Virus record (IMG/VR): IMGVR_UViG_3300050120_000105
Location: 1 to 60,317 of that record
Reading direction: 5' to 3' (one strand)
Length of the DNA: 60,317 bases
From: a virus
Lineage: Duplodnaviria > Caudoviricetes
Every line of letters starts with the position of its first letter. The stretch's first letter is position 1. The notes below the pieces were generated by a model. The model did not search any database. It worked only from the letters and a program-made list of their open reading frames with translations, and was not told the origin of the DNA. A program made the translations under genes and the position numbers. Positions 37,311-46,871 of this stretch are shown here, one piece after another.

Positions 37311-39478
37311 TGCACGCTCTCATCCTGCGAAATATCCGCAGCGTTCGCCTGCTCGATCACATTGAAAATGTGCTGATTGGCCTGCGTACGCACTTCATGC
37401 TCGGCGCGCTGCTGGCTCAGCACATGTTCGACCGCGGCTTCGATGATCACCTTCATGCGACCCGTTTCGGCATCGAATGACTTGACGTCGTTGCGCTCGT
37501 CGCGACCGCGGACCTTCAGCTTTTCCTCGGCCAGCTTCATCATCAGTTCCGAATTCAGCTGCTGGCCTTCGACGATCTGCTGCTGAAGCGCCGCCAGGTT
37601 CGGATCTTGCCCGTCATCAAACAGCCATGGGCTGGTGTGCTTAATCCATTTCTGGACCCGTTCGGCCATCTCCTGGGCGCCGGCGAAGTCGCCGTTCTTG
37701 AGCGCCAGATCGCCCATGATCGCGGTCAGTTCCTTATTCTGGGCGATGATCTGCGTCATCGCGTCCCACGCCTGCTGGCGTTGGGTCGCGTAGTTCGGGC
37801 CGGGATCGGAGAGCACTTCGTATTCGCCTACGAGCGGGTTGAAGATGATCTCTTCGGCGGTATCTTCTTCCTTCTTGATGCGCTGGAAGGCTTCCTTGGC
37901 ATCTGGATCGATGGTGATGATTTTCTTCGAAAGGTCTTCGCCCTCGACGTGCAGGATGCGCTTGGTGTCATAGAGCTTGGGATAGATTCCGATCAGTTGC
38001 TTGGCGAGATACCGGTACATGTCGTACTGGTGCTCGGTGAAATGATAGGTCGCGATGTTGCCGGTGCGCTGGCGGGCGTTGATGGTCTTGTCCGATTCCA
38101 CCCCACGCGGATTCTCCTGCCCTTGGCTGGCCTGCCACTGGCCCGTGACCATCATGGCCCAGCGCTCGGCGTCCTGCATGCCCTGCATGAAGACGGGCGC
38201 GATCTGGGGTGGTTCTACGCGGGTCGGTGCCGTGACCGGCCGGCCCTCTTCGCCTTCCTCCTGGGCCCAATCTTCGAACGCCAGATAGGCATAATCCTCG
38301 ACGTTGGCGTTCGCCCATTCCTTCTCGTTGGTCTCGAAAGCGCGCAACGGACCGACCCATGGCGTCTTGGTCTGCAGCGCACCGAACTGCGCCGAGCCGG
38401 AGGCGTTGTAGTTGAGCAATTGCTGCGGCGACAGCTGGGCGCGCGTATGGCCCTTGCAGTCCATCTGGCCGTTGATGACGGTTTTCAGCCCATAGCAGGG
38501 AACGATCGGGATATACTCGCCGATCCAGCGCGTTTCCGGCTTGTCGCCACGCTTCAGGATGCAATCGCCGCCGATCAGATACCAGTTGACGCTTTGGGTG
38601 ATGACGTCGCGGTATTTGCCCTCGATCTCGCCGCTGTCGATCTTATCGATCGTCATGTCGACGAGTTCTGTGCCCGAATCGGCCTCCATCTCCGAGCGAT
38701 GGCCGCGAAACTCGCTACCGTCCGGCATTTTGAACCAAATCAGTTCGTCGTTCTTGTCCTCGCGCTCGTAATACATCGCCACCAGCACATGCTTATCACC
38801 AAGCCAGAGCGCATCCATGCCGAGCGTCGAGGTGCCGATCTTATTCCTATATTTGCGATGCTCGCGGTTGAAACGGTCGCGCGCCATCTTGTCGAAAACG
38901 AAGCCGAATTGCGCATCACTTGGATCCCCATCCATGAAGACCTCGGGATCGAGGTATACGGTGCGGGGGTCTTTTGCGCCTTTGATATAGACGTCCTGAT
39001 CGAACGACTTGTCATTTACGAAAGCTGTTTCCAGAATCAGGTAGCCGAAACCTCCATCGACCTGATTGGTGATCGCGTTTCGGTAACAGACCGTCGCAGT
39101 CGAAATATATTCGGTGCGCTCGACCAGCATTTGCATGCCTTCGGCCGCATCCGCTGTTGCCTTGCCGCCGGTCGCCCGAACTCGCGGCGACGCCTTGTTC
39201 ATCATCGATTCGTTGATGACCAGGCGATTGTGCGGCTCGATAATATTGATGGTCAGGCACGGTTTGCGCTTGTTGGTGCGGTCTGCGAAGATCTTGTCGT
39301 CCCAGCCATATTGATTGCGGTCGTCCTGGTAGGCGCATTTGGTGTCTTCGAGACTATATCCATACGCTTTGTCGTAAAACTCCTTGCAGCGCAGGAAGCG
39401 TTGCCGGGCGCGGTGAACGATCCGCGCATCGCCGGTCAGTGTCGGATCGTCATCGCCGCCATCGGCCGGATAGGCCAT
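37307..39478 (-). CDS. Portal protein (P22 gp1 family)
   Basis: KPCLTIN, GGFGY, YIPIVP, PQQLLNY, GPNYATQRQ. Confidence 0.92.
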   Translation of the reverse strand: MAYPADGGDDDPTLTGDARIVHRARQRFLRCKEFYDKAYGYSLEDTKCAYQDDRNQYGWDDKIFADRTNKRKPCLTINIIEPHNRLVINESMMNKASPRVRATGGKATADAAEGMQMLVERTEYISTATVCYRNAITNQVDGGFGYLILETAFVNDKSFDQDVYIKGAKDPRTVYLDPEVFMDGDPSDAQFGFVFDKMARDRFNREHRKYRNKIGTSTLGMDALWLGDKHVLVAMYYEREDKNDELIWFKMPDGSEFRGHRSEMEADSGTELVDMTIDKIDSGEIEGKYRDVITQSVNWYLIGGDCILKRGDKPETRWIGEYIPIVPCYGLKTVINGQMDCKGHTRAQLSPQQLLNYNASGSAQFGALQTKTPWVGPLRAFETNEKEWANANVEDYAYLAFEDWAQEEGEEGRPVTAPTRVEPPQIAPVFMQGMQDAERWAMMVTGQWQASQGQENPRGVESDKTINARQRTGNIATYHFTEHQYDMYRYLAKQLIGIYPKLYDTKRILHVEGEDLSKKIITIDPDAKEAFQRIKKEEDTAEEIIFNPLVGEYEVLSDPGPNYATQRQQAWDAMTQIIAQNKELTAIMGDLALKNGDFAGAQEMAERVQKWIKHTSPWLFDDGQDPNLAALQQQIVEGQQLNSELMMKLAEEKLKVRGRDERNDVKSFDAETGRMKVIIEAAVEHVLSQQRAEHEVRTQANQHIFNVIEQANAADISQDESVQ

Positions 39479-40857
39479 TAGCTCGCCATCCAGCCGTGGC
39501 CGTTGCGATCATCCAGCGTCGGCAGTTGCGTGCGCGGCAGCGGCTTCTTTTCCACGATTTTCTTTGTAATCATCGGAAATAGTTCCGTCAGAGCCCAAAC
39601 CAGCGCATCGACGCGATCCGGCGACATTTCCCCGACCATGCCGTTGGGGCCGAAATTGACCATCTCGTCCTCCAGCGCGGCAAAGGTTCCGACGTGACTG
39701 ATGCGACCCTGCGTATAGAGCGCTGCGATCGGTTCGGCCCGGGTCCATTTTCCTTTGGATGCGTGAACCTCCTTGAATGGAACGGTCGGTCGCACCGCCC
39801 GCACCGTGGCCGCGACCATATCACCGCCATTGTTAACTTCGCCGACGATGCAATTGCCGTCGTAACGATCGAAACAGGCCACCGCCATACGAGCCCAGCC
39901 ATTGGGGCTTTCCCGACAGGTTGCATCATCAAGGATGTAGCCGCGGTTATCCTCGCCAACGCCTGCCACGATGATGCCTGTCGCCGCGCCGTCTTCCGGC
40001 ATGTCGTTCTTTTTGGCCGCCGGATCGATCGCAACCACTACGCGCTTCATGATCGGAAGAGGTTTCGGATGTTTGTGACGATCGCGATCTAGATCCGCCC
40101 GTGTCCAGAGCGCATCCGGCACATCGTCGAGGATTTCGGCGGATAGCTCCTGACGGCCGAGCCTTGTTCCTGCATATTTATCAGTGATCGATTTGATGAA
40201 CGACGCCGCGAGATTGGCTTCGTTGTCCGTTGTGACACCGCGCGAAACCAGCGTGGTCGACGCCGCCAGTATCTCCTTCAGGATTGGGATCGGCCGCGGC
40301 GTGGTGGTGACGATCTGCCGCGGATGCTGTCCCAGGCGAAGGCCGAACTGCAACTGGTCCCATGTCTCGCGAGCATACCTGAATTTCGCTAATTCATCAC
40401 ACCAGGCTGCATCGAACTGCGGCCCGCGTAGCTGATCCGGTTCTGTCGCATTGTAGCCGGTGGCGATGGCTCCGGTATGAAACTCAATCCGGATCGGCTT
40501 CTTGGTGATCCTGGGCTTCTGATGCGGCGGAAAGACCGAGAGCAAACCACTCTGGCCGAACACCATAACCTCTTCCAGATCCTTTTGTGTCTCGGCAATC
40601 AGCGCAATACGTGTCGCGCGTTTCGCCGTGACTTCAGCCCGTACCCACTCCGCTCCGCATCGGGTCTTGCCGAAACCACGTCCCGCCAATACCAGCCAGG
40701 TCAGCCAATCGCCTTCGGGTGGCAACTGGTTCGGGCGAGCCCATGCGCGCCAGTTCCAATCGAGACCTTTCAGGTCTTCCGCCAGAATCTCATCAAGTTC
40801 TTTGCGCGCATGCTGTCCCAGCGAGGCGATGAAGGCTTCCACCTCGCCGAGATTCAT
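39478..40857 (-). CDS. terL: Terminase large subunit
   Basis: AGRGFGKT Walker A, LRGPQF..WCDE, TTTP, VAIDPA, SPDRVDA. Confidence 0.95.
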   Translation of the reverse strand: MNLGEVEAFIASLGQHARKELDEILAEDLKGLDWNWRAWARPNQLPPEGDWLTWLVLAGRGFGKTRCGAEWVRAEVTAKRATRIALIAETQKDLEEVMVFGQSGLLSVFPPHQKPRITKKPIRIEFHTGAIATGYNATEPDQLRGPQFDAAWCDELAKFRYARETWDQLQFGLRLGQHPRQIVTTTPRPIPILKEILAASTTLVSRGVTTDNEANLAASFIKSITDKYAGTRLGRQELSAEILDDVPDALWTRADLDRDRHKHPKPLPIMKRVVVAIDPAAKKNDMPEDGAATGIIVAGVGEDNRGYILDDATCRESPNGWARMAVACFDRYDGNCIVGEVNNGGDMVAATVRAVRPTVPFKEVHASKGKWTRAEPIAALYTQGRISHVGTFAALEDEMVNFGPNGMVGEMSPDRVDALVWALTELFPMITKKIVEKKPLPRTQLPTLDDRNGHGWMAS

Positions 40858-40858
40858 A

Positions 40859-41527
40859 TCAGAGCACGCGATACCACACTTTACTGGCTGTGGTGTAGAG
40901 CCAGCAATTCGATGACAGTGTGACAGTGCTCGCCGTACCCGCCGCAGTCGCAACAGGTAGCGAGGTGACCGCAGTGCCGACGATGGTCTGCCCGGTGGTT
41001 CCAACCACGATCGAAGTTGTGGTCAGGACGCCAGTTCCCGCATCGGTCAGACAGAACTTCTGATTCTGCATCGGATTTGGCGGCAACGTGAGGCTGGAAT
41101 AGGTTGCCGTGCCAGCACCAGCATAGATAAAGTTGGAGATACCATCAGCAACCACAACCGCAGCAGTCGTGCCCGTGGTGGTGGCAACGGTCGTTCCGCC
41201 GTAGCCCGTCCCAAGTAAGGTAGAGGGAAGAGTAACCGTCTGCGGATTGACGCCGCTGCCCGGCACCGTATCCATCGGGATCAGTTCGTTGCCGGTCAGC
41301 GTTGGAGGGCCGGCCGGAACGGTCTGGGCGCAAACCCCACTGGCACCGGTGCCCTGACCCTGGCCGGTGGCGCCGCCAAGCGGCGTGCCTGCACCGGTGA
41401 CCGTCGATGCGCAGAACGATGCACCACCGACGATCGGGTAGGTCGAATAATTGCCGGCGCCGTATGCGATCGCCGAACTTACCAAAAGAGCAGCCAAGGC
41501 TACGGCTGCGCGAGTGCGCGTCAACAT
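40859..41527 (-). CDS. Secreted Thr/Gly-rich putative structural protein
   Basis: AGGAG RBS; signal peptide; Cys pairs. Confidence 0.7.
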   Translation of the reverse strand: MLTRTRAAVALAALLVSSAIAYGAGNYSTYPIVGGASFCASTVTGAGTPLGGATGQGQGTGASGVCAQTVPAGPPTLTGNELIPMDTVPGSGVNPQTVTLPSTLLGTGYGGTTVATTTGTTAAVVVADGISNFIYAGAGTATYSSLTLPPNPMQNQKFCLTDAGTGVLTTTSIVVGTTGQTIVGTAVTSLPVATAAGTASTVTLSSNCWLYTTASKVWYRVL

Positions 41528-41748
41528 GTTCAATGCTCCTGTTGATTGCCGGGTGCCGGCGTCTTTGCCATCAGTTCCGGGATGGGCAGCCGGTCGTTAA
41601 AAGGATTGGGACCAGCGCTTTTCAGCGCCTCTTGAGGCCTGACCTCTAGGATCGATCCGTGATCTACCTCGGTTGTCCCATGGTCGGTTTAAGGAGCTTC
41701 ATGCTTTCGCATATCTCCCGGAACTTTCACCGACTCGACCGACCTCCG

Positions 41749-42312
41749 TTATTCGTTCGAAACCTGCCCGATCGACGCATTAAGGTCATCGGCTTCCGCC
41801 TGAATCGCACTGGCGACCGTGACCGCACGCGCCGCGGCGCCGTCGAGATTATCGAGGGAGGCACCGACCTGTGCTTTCGCGGCATCGAGCTTTGATTTGG
41901 CCGCTGCAATCCGCGTCTTGAAGTCGGCACCGAGCGCGCTGGCACCGGTGATGGTTTTCTTGATCGGATAGGCGGCGGGGGCTGCTTTCGCTATCGGCGC
42001 AGGCGCGATTTGGTTCTGAGGCAGAACGGTCGTCAGTGAGCCGGCGGCGCTTTGCTGTCCGCCTCCGAAATTAGCGTCCGCTGCCGCCCCGTCAGCCATT
42101 GCAGATGGTTCCTCGATGACTTCGAATTGCGCGATGCGCTTCATACCGCCGGCGCCGACGACATGGCGATAGGGGCCGACCAGGCCTTCCATCACCTCGC
42201 CGACCTTGCGTTCCTGGTGCTGGAAGAACGTGTCCTCGGTAATGCGAAATTTCATGATGGATTCCGCAAGGTCCTGCGCATAGAGACTGAAGCGGAGCGG
42301 ATCGAATTTCAC
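41749..42312 (-). CDS. hypothetical protein
   Basis: GTGA coupling; coiled-coil C-terminus. Confidence 0.6.
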   Translation of the reverse strand: MKFDPLRFSLYAQDLAESIMKFRITEDTFFQHQERKVGEVMEGLVGPYRHVVGAGGMKRIAQFEVIEEPSAMADGAAADANFGGGQQSAAGSLTTVLPQNQIAPAPIAKAAPAAYPIKKTITGASALGADFKTRIAAAKSKLDAAKAQVGASLDNLDGAAARAVTVASAIQAEADDLNASIGQVSNE

Positions 42313-42500
42313 ACCAGCGTTACGTGGCCGCCCAGCGATGATTTAGCCGCTAACATGTCCGCGTAGTCGCCGCGCAAGGTCATGAACTCGCTTTCGAGAA
42401 TACCTTCGCCGTTCGCCATCCGTCGCAGCGTATATTTGACGGGCTCCATCTCAAAGTGTCCCGTCAGATAGGTGATTGTCAGATGATCGCCTTCATCCAT
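42309..42500 (-). CDS. hypothetical protein
   Basis: Follows TerS. Confidence 0.55.
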   Translation of the reverse strand: MDEGDHLTITYLTGHFEMEPVKYTLRRMANGEGILESEFMTLRGDYADMLAAKSSLGGHVTLV

Positions 42501-42511
42501 TTTTCGCGCCC

Positions 42512-42949
42512 TTATGCCGCCTGATGCCGCGCTAGCAATGCGACCAGCGCCCGGGCGCGATCGGCGTCGCTCGCTACTTCGATCGGACCGCCAGCGGGGC
42601 CTGATATTTCCGCCTTATCGCGCCATAGGCCGGATAGCTTCGCGATCGTCTGAATCAATTGATTGGCCGCCGAAGGTTCTTCCAGCGACATCGCCATCAG
42701 CCGAGCCTCTTCGGCGTTATCGACCAGGCGCTCGATCGTCACGACGGTGTGCCGCGCCGCAATCTCCCTCAGTTCTACAACCCGCGCCCTGACCGAGGGC
42801 AGCTGCGCGCGACGCTTGGCATTCGAGATCAGCGATGAGCCGCCATAGCCCGATAGACGCGCGGCTTCCGTCGCACTGCGCCCCTTGGCGAGTTCCGCAG
42901 CAAACGCCTCCAATTTGGCGTCGTTCTTGCGTGTACGCGCGGCTGGCAC
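42512..42949 (-). CDS. terS: Terminase small subunit
   Basis: FAAEL..G.SATEAA..GY HTH; EISGPAGGPI tail. Confidence 0.85.
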   Translation of the reverse strand: MPAARTRKNDAKLEAFAAELAKGRSATEAARLSGYGGSSLISNAKRRAQLPSVRARVVELREIAARHTVVTIERLVDNAEEARLMAMSLEEPSAANQLIQTIAKLSGLWRDKAEISGPAGGPIEVASDADRARALVALLARHQAA

Positions 42950-43105
42950 GAAAAGGGATTCCTATGGGATTCTATCGTTGTTCCCCAAAAACGGGCCGCT
43001 CGCGGGAGGGGGCATGTAACGAGCGGCCCTAAGTCTTGGGAGGAAACGCCCCTGAAGGGAGGCGAGCGACCACGATGGGGACCATGAGCGCCTATCTATA
43101 GACAG

Positions 43106-43144
43106 CAAAAACCCCGCGCGGGCGGGGCTTTCGGGGGTTTTTTG
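43106..43144 (-). terminator. Intrinsic terminator in late-operon leader
   Basis: Minus strand AAGCCCCGC-CCGC-GCGGGGTTTTT, with an alternative pairing partner AAAAACCCC upstream. Confidence 0.65.
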
Positions 43145-43291
43145 TGCAGCCTGCCGTGATGGCGCGCGCCCGCTCAACTACTGCGGCCCTACTCCCCTTC
43201 GGTTGGAATCCCTCTCGGTAGCAAATCTCTCGATTTGCCTGCGCAGGAGCCTCTTTGCCCCTCGCCGAACCGTTGTTACACCGTGACGGTG

Positions 43292-43864
43292 CTATACCGC
43301 TTCGACCTGATCCTCGGATAAATCCAACGGGACCATGCGCCCTAAGAGGTTCACAAGAGCGGTGAGTCGCCGCTTGTTGTCAAGCGAGGCGATGTGAGCC
43401 GTCCACATATCGAACGAGTGGCCCTTGATCCGGACCTCCTGGCCGACATAGAACGCCCGCTTGCGCTGGCCCGGCGGGACGTCGAGCAGCATCTCGAATT
43501 TACGGATTTCGCCCAGCATTTTGGGCCGAACGATGACCGGGGCGCTTTCCTGCCTGACATAGCCGATGATGTCGTCGCTGATCTTCTTCAGGCGCGTCAG
43601 ATCGGCTTCGAAATCCGGGATCAGGATCAGGCCAGAAAAGATCGCCACGGTGCGTTCGCGATAGCGGTTCCAGCCCGTTTTGCGGCTGATCTTCTCCTTC
43701 GGCAGGTAGTTGTCGACGCCGCGCTCGGTCAATTTGGCCTCGACAGCCAGTTCCCGGTTCGGACGCACGCGAAGCAGGTAGTGGTGCTTTGGGACAGGGC
43801 GAACGATGCAGGATGGCGGTTCCATGAATTCGATGAAATCCCCGATATGGTAGAGCGCTGTCAT
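43292..43864 (-). CDS. NusG-paralog antiterminator (NGN + KOW)
   Basis: YLLRVRPNRE, YLPKE, IFSGLI, FYVGQEVRIK..F, VNLLGRMVP. Confidence 0.85.
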   Translation of the reverse strand: MTALYHIGDFIEFMEPPSCIVRPVPKHHYLLRVRPNRELAVEAKLTERGVDNYLPKEKISRKTGWNRYRERTVAIFSGLILIPDFEADLTRLKKISDDIIGYVRQESAPVIVRPKMLGEIRKFEMLLDVPPGQRKRAFYVGQEVRIKGHSFDMWTAHIASLDNKRRLTALVNLLGRMVPLDLSEDQVEAV

Positions 43865-43878
43865 GTTCGGTTGCCCTT

Positions 43879-43911
43879 CTACGCGGCGCGAAGCCGCTAT
43901 GCGTAGCGCTG
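43879..43911 (+). mobile_element. 33-bp palindromic mini-element copy (intergenic)
   Basis: CTACGCGGCGCGAAGCCGCTATGCGTAGCGCTG. Confidence 0.85.
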
Positions 43912-43919
43912 TGGGTGAT

Positions 43920-45089
43920 CTACTTGAAGTCGGCCATGTCCTGTTCGGTCGGTTCGGGTTGTGGCGGGCCGGTGGTGTAGATTTTGCCCTCGACCGACGG
44001 GGGCCACGGCCAGGGGGCGCGAAAGCCAACAGCTAGGGCCGGGCGGGCCCCGAAGACGCTCGCGTTCAAAAGTTCGGTCCAAGCAGCCACCTGCCGATAA
44101 TCCTCAATCGCGACCCATTTCGAGCTGTCGGCGGCGCCCGCAAAGGCTAGGATTTGAGGGGTGATCTCGCCAGGGTAGGTAATTCTGCCCTTGTGTTCGA
44201 AGGGGCGCGCGCGGGTGACGGCGTACAGCGTCGAGATCGCTTTGCCCTCGGGGCTATCGGCCAAAATTCCAGTCACGCCGCCATGCCGCTGCGTTGGATC
44301 CCGCTTGGCAAATTCAGCCCAGGCCGCGGTTTCCTTCAGGAACAGATGCGCGCCGAGCACATTGGGCGGTTTGCGCTGCGCCTTGCGATAGGCGACGTAG
44401 CCGCGGGCGGCCGACCGGGCGAGGTTTTGTTCCTCGGGCTTGAGCGCCGACCAGACTTGCTGCGCCAACGATTGTCGCAGTATCGGCTCTTGCCAGTCTT
44501 TTTCGAAATCCTTCCAACTTTCATCGATCTCGACCGACCCCCCGGAGGGGGGCTGGGGGGATTCTTCAGGTTCAGGTTCAGAAGTTAGGCCACGTACGCA
44601 GTTAGGTGGCTGCTGGGGGGCTAAGTGGGGGGCTAACTGTTCTTCATCCTCAGAATTTGCAACTTTCCTAGGAGAGGGGCTAATTTCAACGCTTTCGGAA
44701 TTAGAATTTCCTTCTACGGCTTCGACTTTGCCTTCTGCGGCGGCCTCGATCACCTCGGGATCGGCGTCGATCATCAGCCGGATTTCGTCGGTCGTGCGAC
44801 GCCCGCGGCCATCTGCATTGCGGCGCCCGTTTTCATCCAGCCATTGAGGCATCCGGACAACGGCCCCGATGCTTTCCAGCCATATCAGCCGGCGCCGGAC
44901 GGTCTCTGGCGCGAATTCGGTATCCTCGGCGAGCTGCGCGAGACTGACGAAACACATACCTTCGCCGTTGACGTAGAGCGTCAGCGTTGAAAGCACGAGC
45001 TTGGCGTAGGGATTGCGCAGCCGAAGGTTACGAGCCCAGGCATGGGCCTCGTCTGCGGCGATACGGCGTTTGCGGCGGGGATTGGTCAA
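43920..45089 (-). CDS. Replication initiator (N-terminal wHTH)
   Basis: AKLVLSTL, CFVSLAQLAEDTE..ETVRRRL..LE; EPEPEE linker. Confidence 0.75.
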   Translation of the reverse strand: MTNPRRKRRIAADEAHAWARNLRLRNPYAKLVLSTLTLYVNGEGMCFVSLAQLAEDTEFAPETVRRRLIWLESIGAVVRMPQWLDENGRRNADGRGRRTTDEIRLMIDADPEVIEAAAEGKVEAVEGNSNSESVEISPSPRKVANSEDEEQLAPHLAPQQPPNCVRGLTSEPEPEESPQPPSGGSVEIDESWKDFEKDWQEPILRQSLAQQVWSALKPEEQNLARSAARGYVAYRKAQRKPPNVLGAHLFLKETAAWAEFAKRDPTQRHGGVTGILADSPEGKAISTLYAVTRARPFEHKGRITYPGEITPQILAFAGAADSSKWVAIEDYRQVAAWTELLNASVFGARPALAVGFRAPWPWPPSVEGKIYTTGPPQPEPTEQDMADFK

Positions 45090-45322
45090 AGCGGATAGTT
45101 CCTCGCGTTATAAGCTACCGCTCGCGCCTGGCCGCTGATACACGGCGGCGTCCCCTCGCCCTCGATCCGGTCCAGGTCGCGCCAGAACTCGACCCAATGC
45201 ACATCGCGCGGTCCGTCCGCTTCATGCCGCGTCACCTTGACGACGCCGCAGCCGTTCTGGCATTCGCGCTCGGTCTTGTGGGGCGAGATGACGTTGCCGT
45301 CTTTGGGCCAGCGGTGTTTCAT
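45086..45322 (-). CDS. small Cys-containing protein, paralog of 45319..45588
   Basis: TERECQNGCGVVKVTRH. Confidence 0.65.
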   Translation of the reverse strand: MKHRWPKDGNVISPHKTERECQNGCGVVKVTRHEADGPRDVHWVEFWRDLDRIEGEGTPPCISGQARAVAYNARNYPL

Positions 45323-45588
45323 GTCTTGCTTCCCGCCCCGACCGGCACGCACGCCGGCGCATCGAACGTCTCGACCTGCACCGCATCCGCCGATCGCCGC
45401 CAGGCCCTTCCGCCGCCGCCTTTCGGATGCAGCGTGACCTTGACCGCGCCGCAGACCTTGCAGGTGCGCTCGGTTTGCGGATAGCCGGAGGCGGACCTTG
45501 CCGCCGGCACCCATACCGGAGACTCGAAGGTGTGCTTCAAGGCCGGCATGTGGAGGACGTAGCCTTCGGGGATGGTGTTCATGTTCAT
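45319..45588 (-). CDS. small Cys-containing protein
   Basis: TERTCKVCGAVKVTLH. Confidence 0.65.
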   Translation of the reverse strand: MNMNTIPEGYVLHMPALKHTFESPVWVPAARSASGYPQTERTCKVCGAVKVTLHPKGGGGRAWRRSADAVQVETFDAPACVPVGAGSKT

Positions 45589-45597
45589 TTGGTTTCG

Positions 45598-46333
45598 GGA
45601 TAGTTCAACTTTGATTCCTCGTTATTAGCATCGGCGGTGTCGGCTAAGTTCCGGATGTTTCGGCTTCGACCTTCGCTTTCGGCTCGGACCGCATGCGTTT
45701 CGCCGCCGCCGCCTCTTCAGCGCGATCGGCTGCGCTCTTGACATGCGACTTGCGGATGCCGTCGATGTCTTCAGTCGGGAAGCGTCCAGTATCGTCGAAG
45801 TCTTCACGCTTGATCGGCTTGATCGTTGGGGCGGGCTCGTCGACTTCCTCCGCAACCGGATTGCCGTCAGTGTCGCGATAGACGCGAACCGGCAAGCCTC
45901 CGAGTTTGAGCACGATCTCGCCATGCGGCGGAACGATGCTTTTGAGAAATTCGACAGCCTCTTCGCGCGCGGCGAGATCGACGGCGAACTTGCCGAGCGC
46001 CATGAACAGCGGCGGTTCTTCGGCCATGCCGATCGCGTGCATATAGGTATCGAGCAGCGCTTCGGCCTGTTGGCGCTTGGCGGGATCTTCCGCACGAAGC
46101 GCGATCAGTTTTCGAATTGTCTTGGTATCGAAGCCGAGGGCCTTGCCGCGCTGGAAGATTTCCTTTTGTTGTTCGCTCAGTTGCTTCTTGCGGTCGATGA
46201 CGCCCTCGATCTCTTCGATCAGGCCGCGCAATTCCTTGCCGCTCTTGGTGCCCTTGCCGATGCTCATAACTTCATCCTTCAGAACTTAGCCGCTGCATTA
46301 CCGTTTCGTCGTGACGCTAAAGTTGTACTGTCC
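45598..46333 (-). mobile_element. Inverted-repeat cassette A (ends 45598-45651 and 46282-46333); cargo GapR-like gene
   Basis: GGATAGTTCAACTT..GGCTAAGTTC / GAACTTAGCC..AAGTTGTACTGTCC. Confidence 0.8.
45644..46267 (-). CDS. GapR/DUF2312-family nucleoid-associated protein with C-terminal extension
   Basis: LRGLIEEIE, KEIF..GK..GFDTKTIRKLIALR, LLDTYMHAIGM. Confidence 0.85.
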   Translation of the reverse strand: MSIGKGTKSGKELRGLIEEIEGVIDRKKQLSEQQKEIFQRGKALGFDTKTIRKLIALRAEDPAKRQQAEALLDTYMHAIGMAEEPPLFMALGKFAVDLAAREEAVEFLKSIVPPHGEIVLKLGGLPVRVYRDTDGNPVAEEVDEPAPTIKPIKREDFDDTGRFPTEDIDGIRKSHVKSAADRAEEAAAAKRMRSEPKAKVEAETSGT

Positions 46334-46344
46334 ATATCTGTCTC

Positions 46345-46563
46345 CTACCGCGGCACGATCTTGTATCCAGCCTGATGCAGCCCATCCAACACAGCCCGCA
46401 CTGGAATGCTGCTTTCGCTTAGCAATCGTCCCGACCAACGATAAGGCACCATCGACAGCGCACACGCGATCACTTCATCCGGATCAAGCAACGGCCCGGC
46501 GCGAGGCTTGCGGGCTTCGAGCGGCATGCGGTCGATGCTGACGGGGAGCGTGGAGGGTTTCAT
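46345..46563 (-). CDS. hypothetical protein
   Basis: Coupled; ends AGYKIVPR. Confidence 0.55.
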   Translation of the reverse strand: MKPSTLPVSIDRMPLEARKPRAGPLLDPDEVIACALSMVPYRWSGRLLSESSIPVRAVLDGLHQAGYKIVPR

Positions 46564-46871
46564 TCGGCGGGCTCCAGCAGATCAGCCATCCCTAGCGATT
46601 CCCGCTTCCGCTGCTTGATGCCACGCCGTCGTATCGGCGCGTCGTATTGATTGTGGCAGCGCTGGCACCACGCACGCAGGTTTTCATCCGAACAATTCTC
46701 GGGGACGTGATCGAGATGCGCGACCGTCAGCACAATCTTTGAACCGTCGCGGATGCTGTAATTCTGGGCTCCGCAATCCTCGCATTTGTTGCCCGCGCGC
46801 GCCCGAATTCGCAGACTGATTTGCTTCCAGTCTTTCGGGTATCGATCCTTATTTTCGGGGCGAATGGGCAT
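46560..46871 (-). CDS. HNH-like endonuclease domain protein
   Basis: CEDCG, VLTVAHLDH.PENC, NL.AWCQRCHN. Confidence 0.8.
   Translation of the reverse strand: MPIRPENKDRYPKDWKQISLRIRARAGNKCEDCGAQNYSIRDGSKIVLTVAHLDHVPENCSDENLRAWCQRCHNQYDAPIRRRGIKQRKRESLGMADLLEPAE

Noticed and set aside
37607-39481. 624-aa plus-strand ORF (likewise 31898..33586, 15105..16067)
   Set aside because: Antisense shadows of portal and other high-GC genes; no motifs.
43150-43225. tRNA-like GGTTGGAATCCC string
   Set aside because: No cloverleaf or acceptor stem could be built; it lies antisense in the late leader.
43292-44029. 245-aa NusG as given in the ORF track
   Set aside because: The upstream part overlaps the replication gene and reads through the 33-bp element; ATG 43864 with AAGGG RBS is more plausible.
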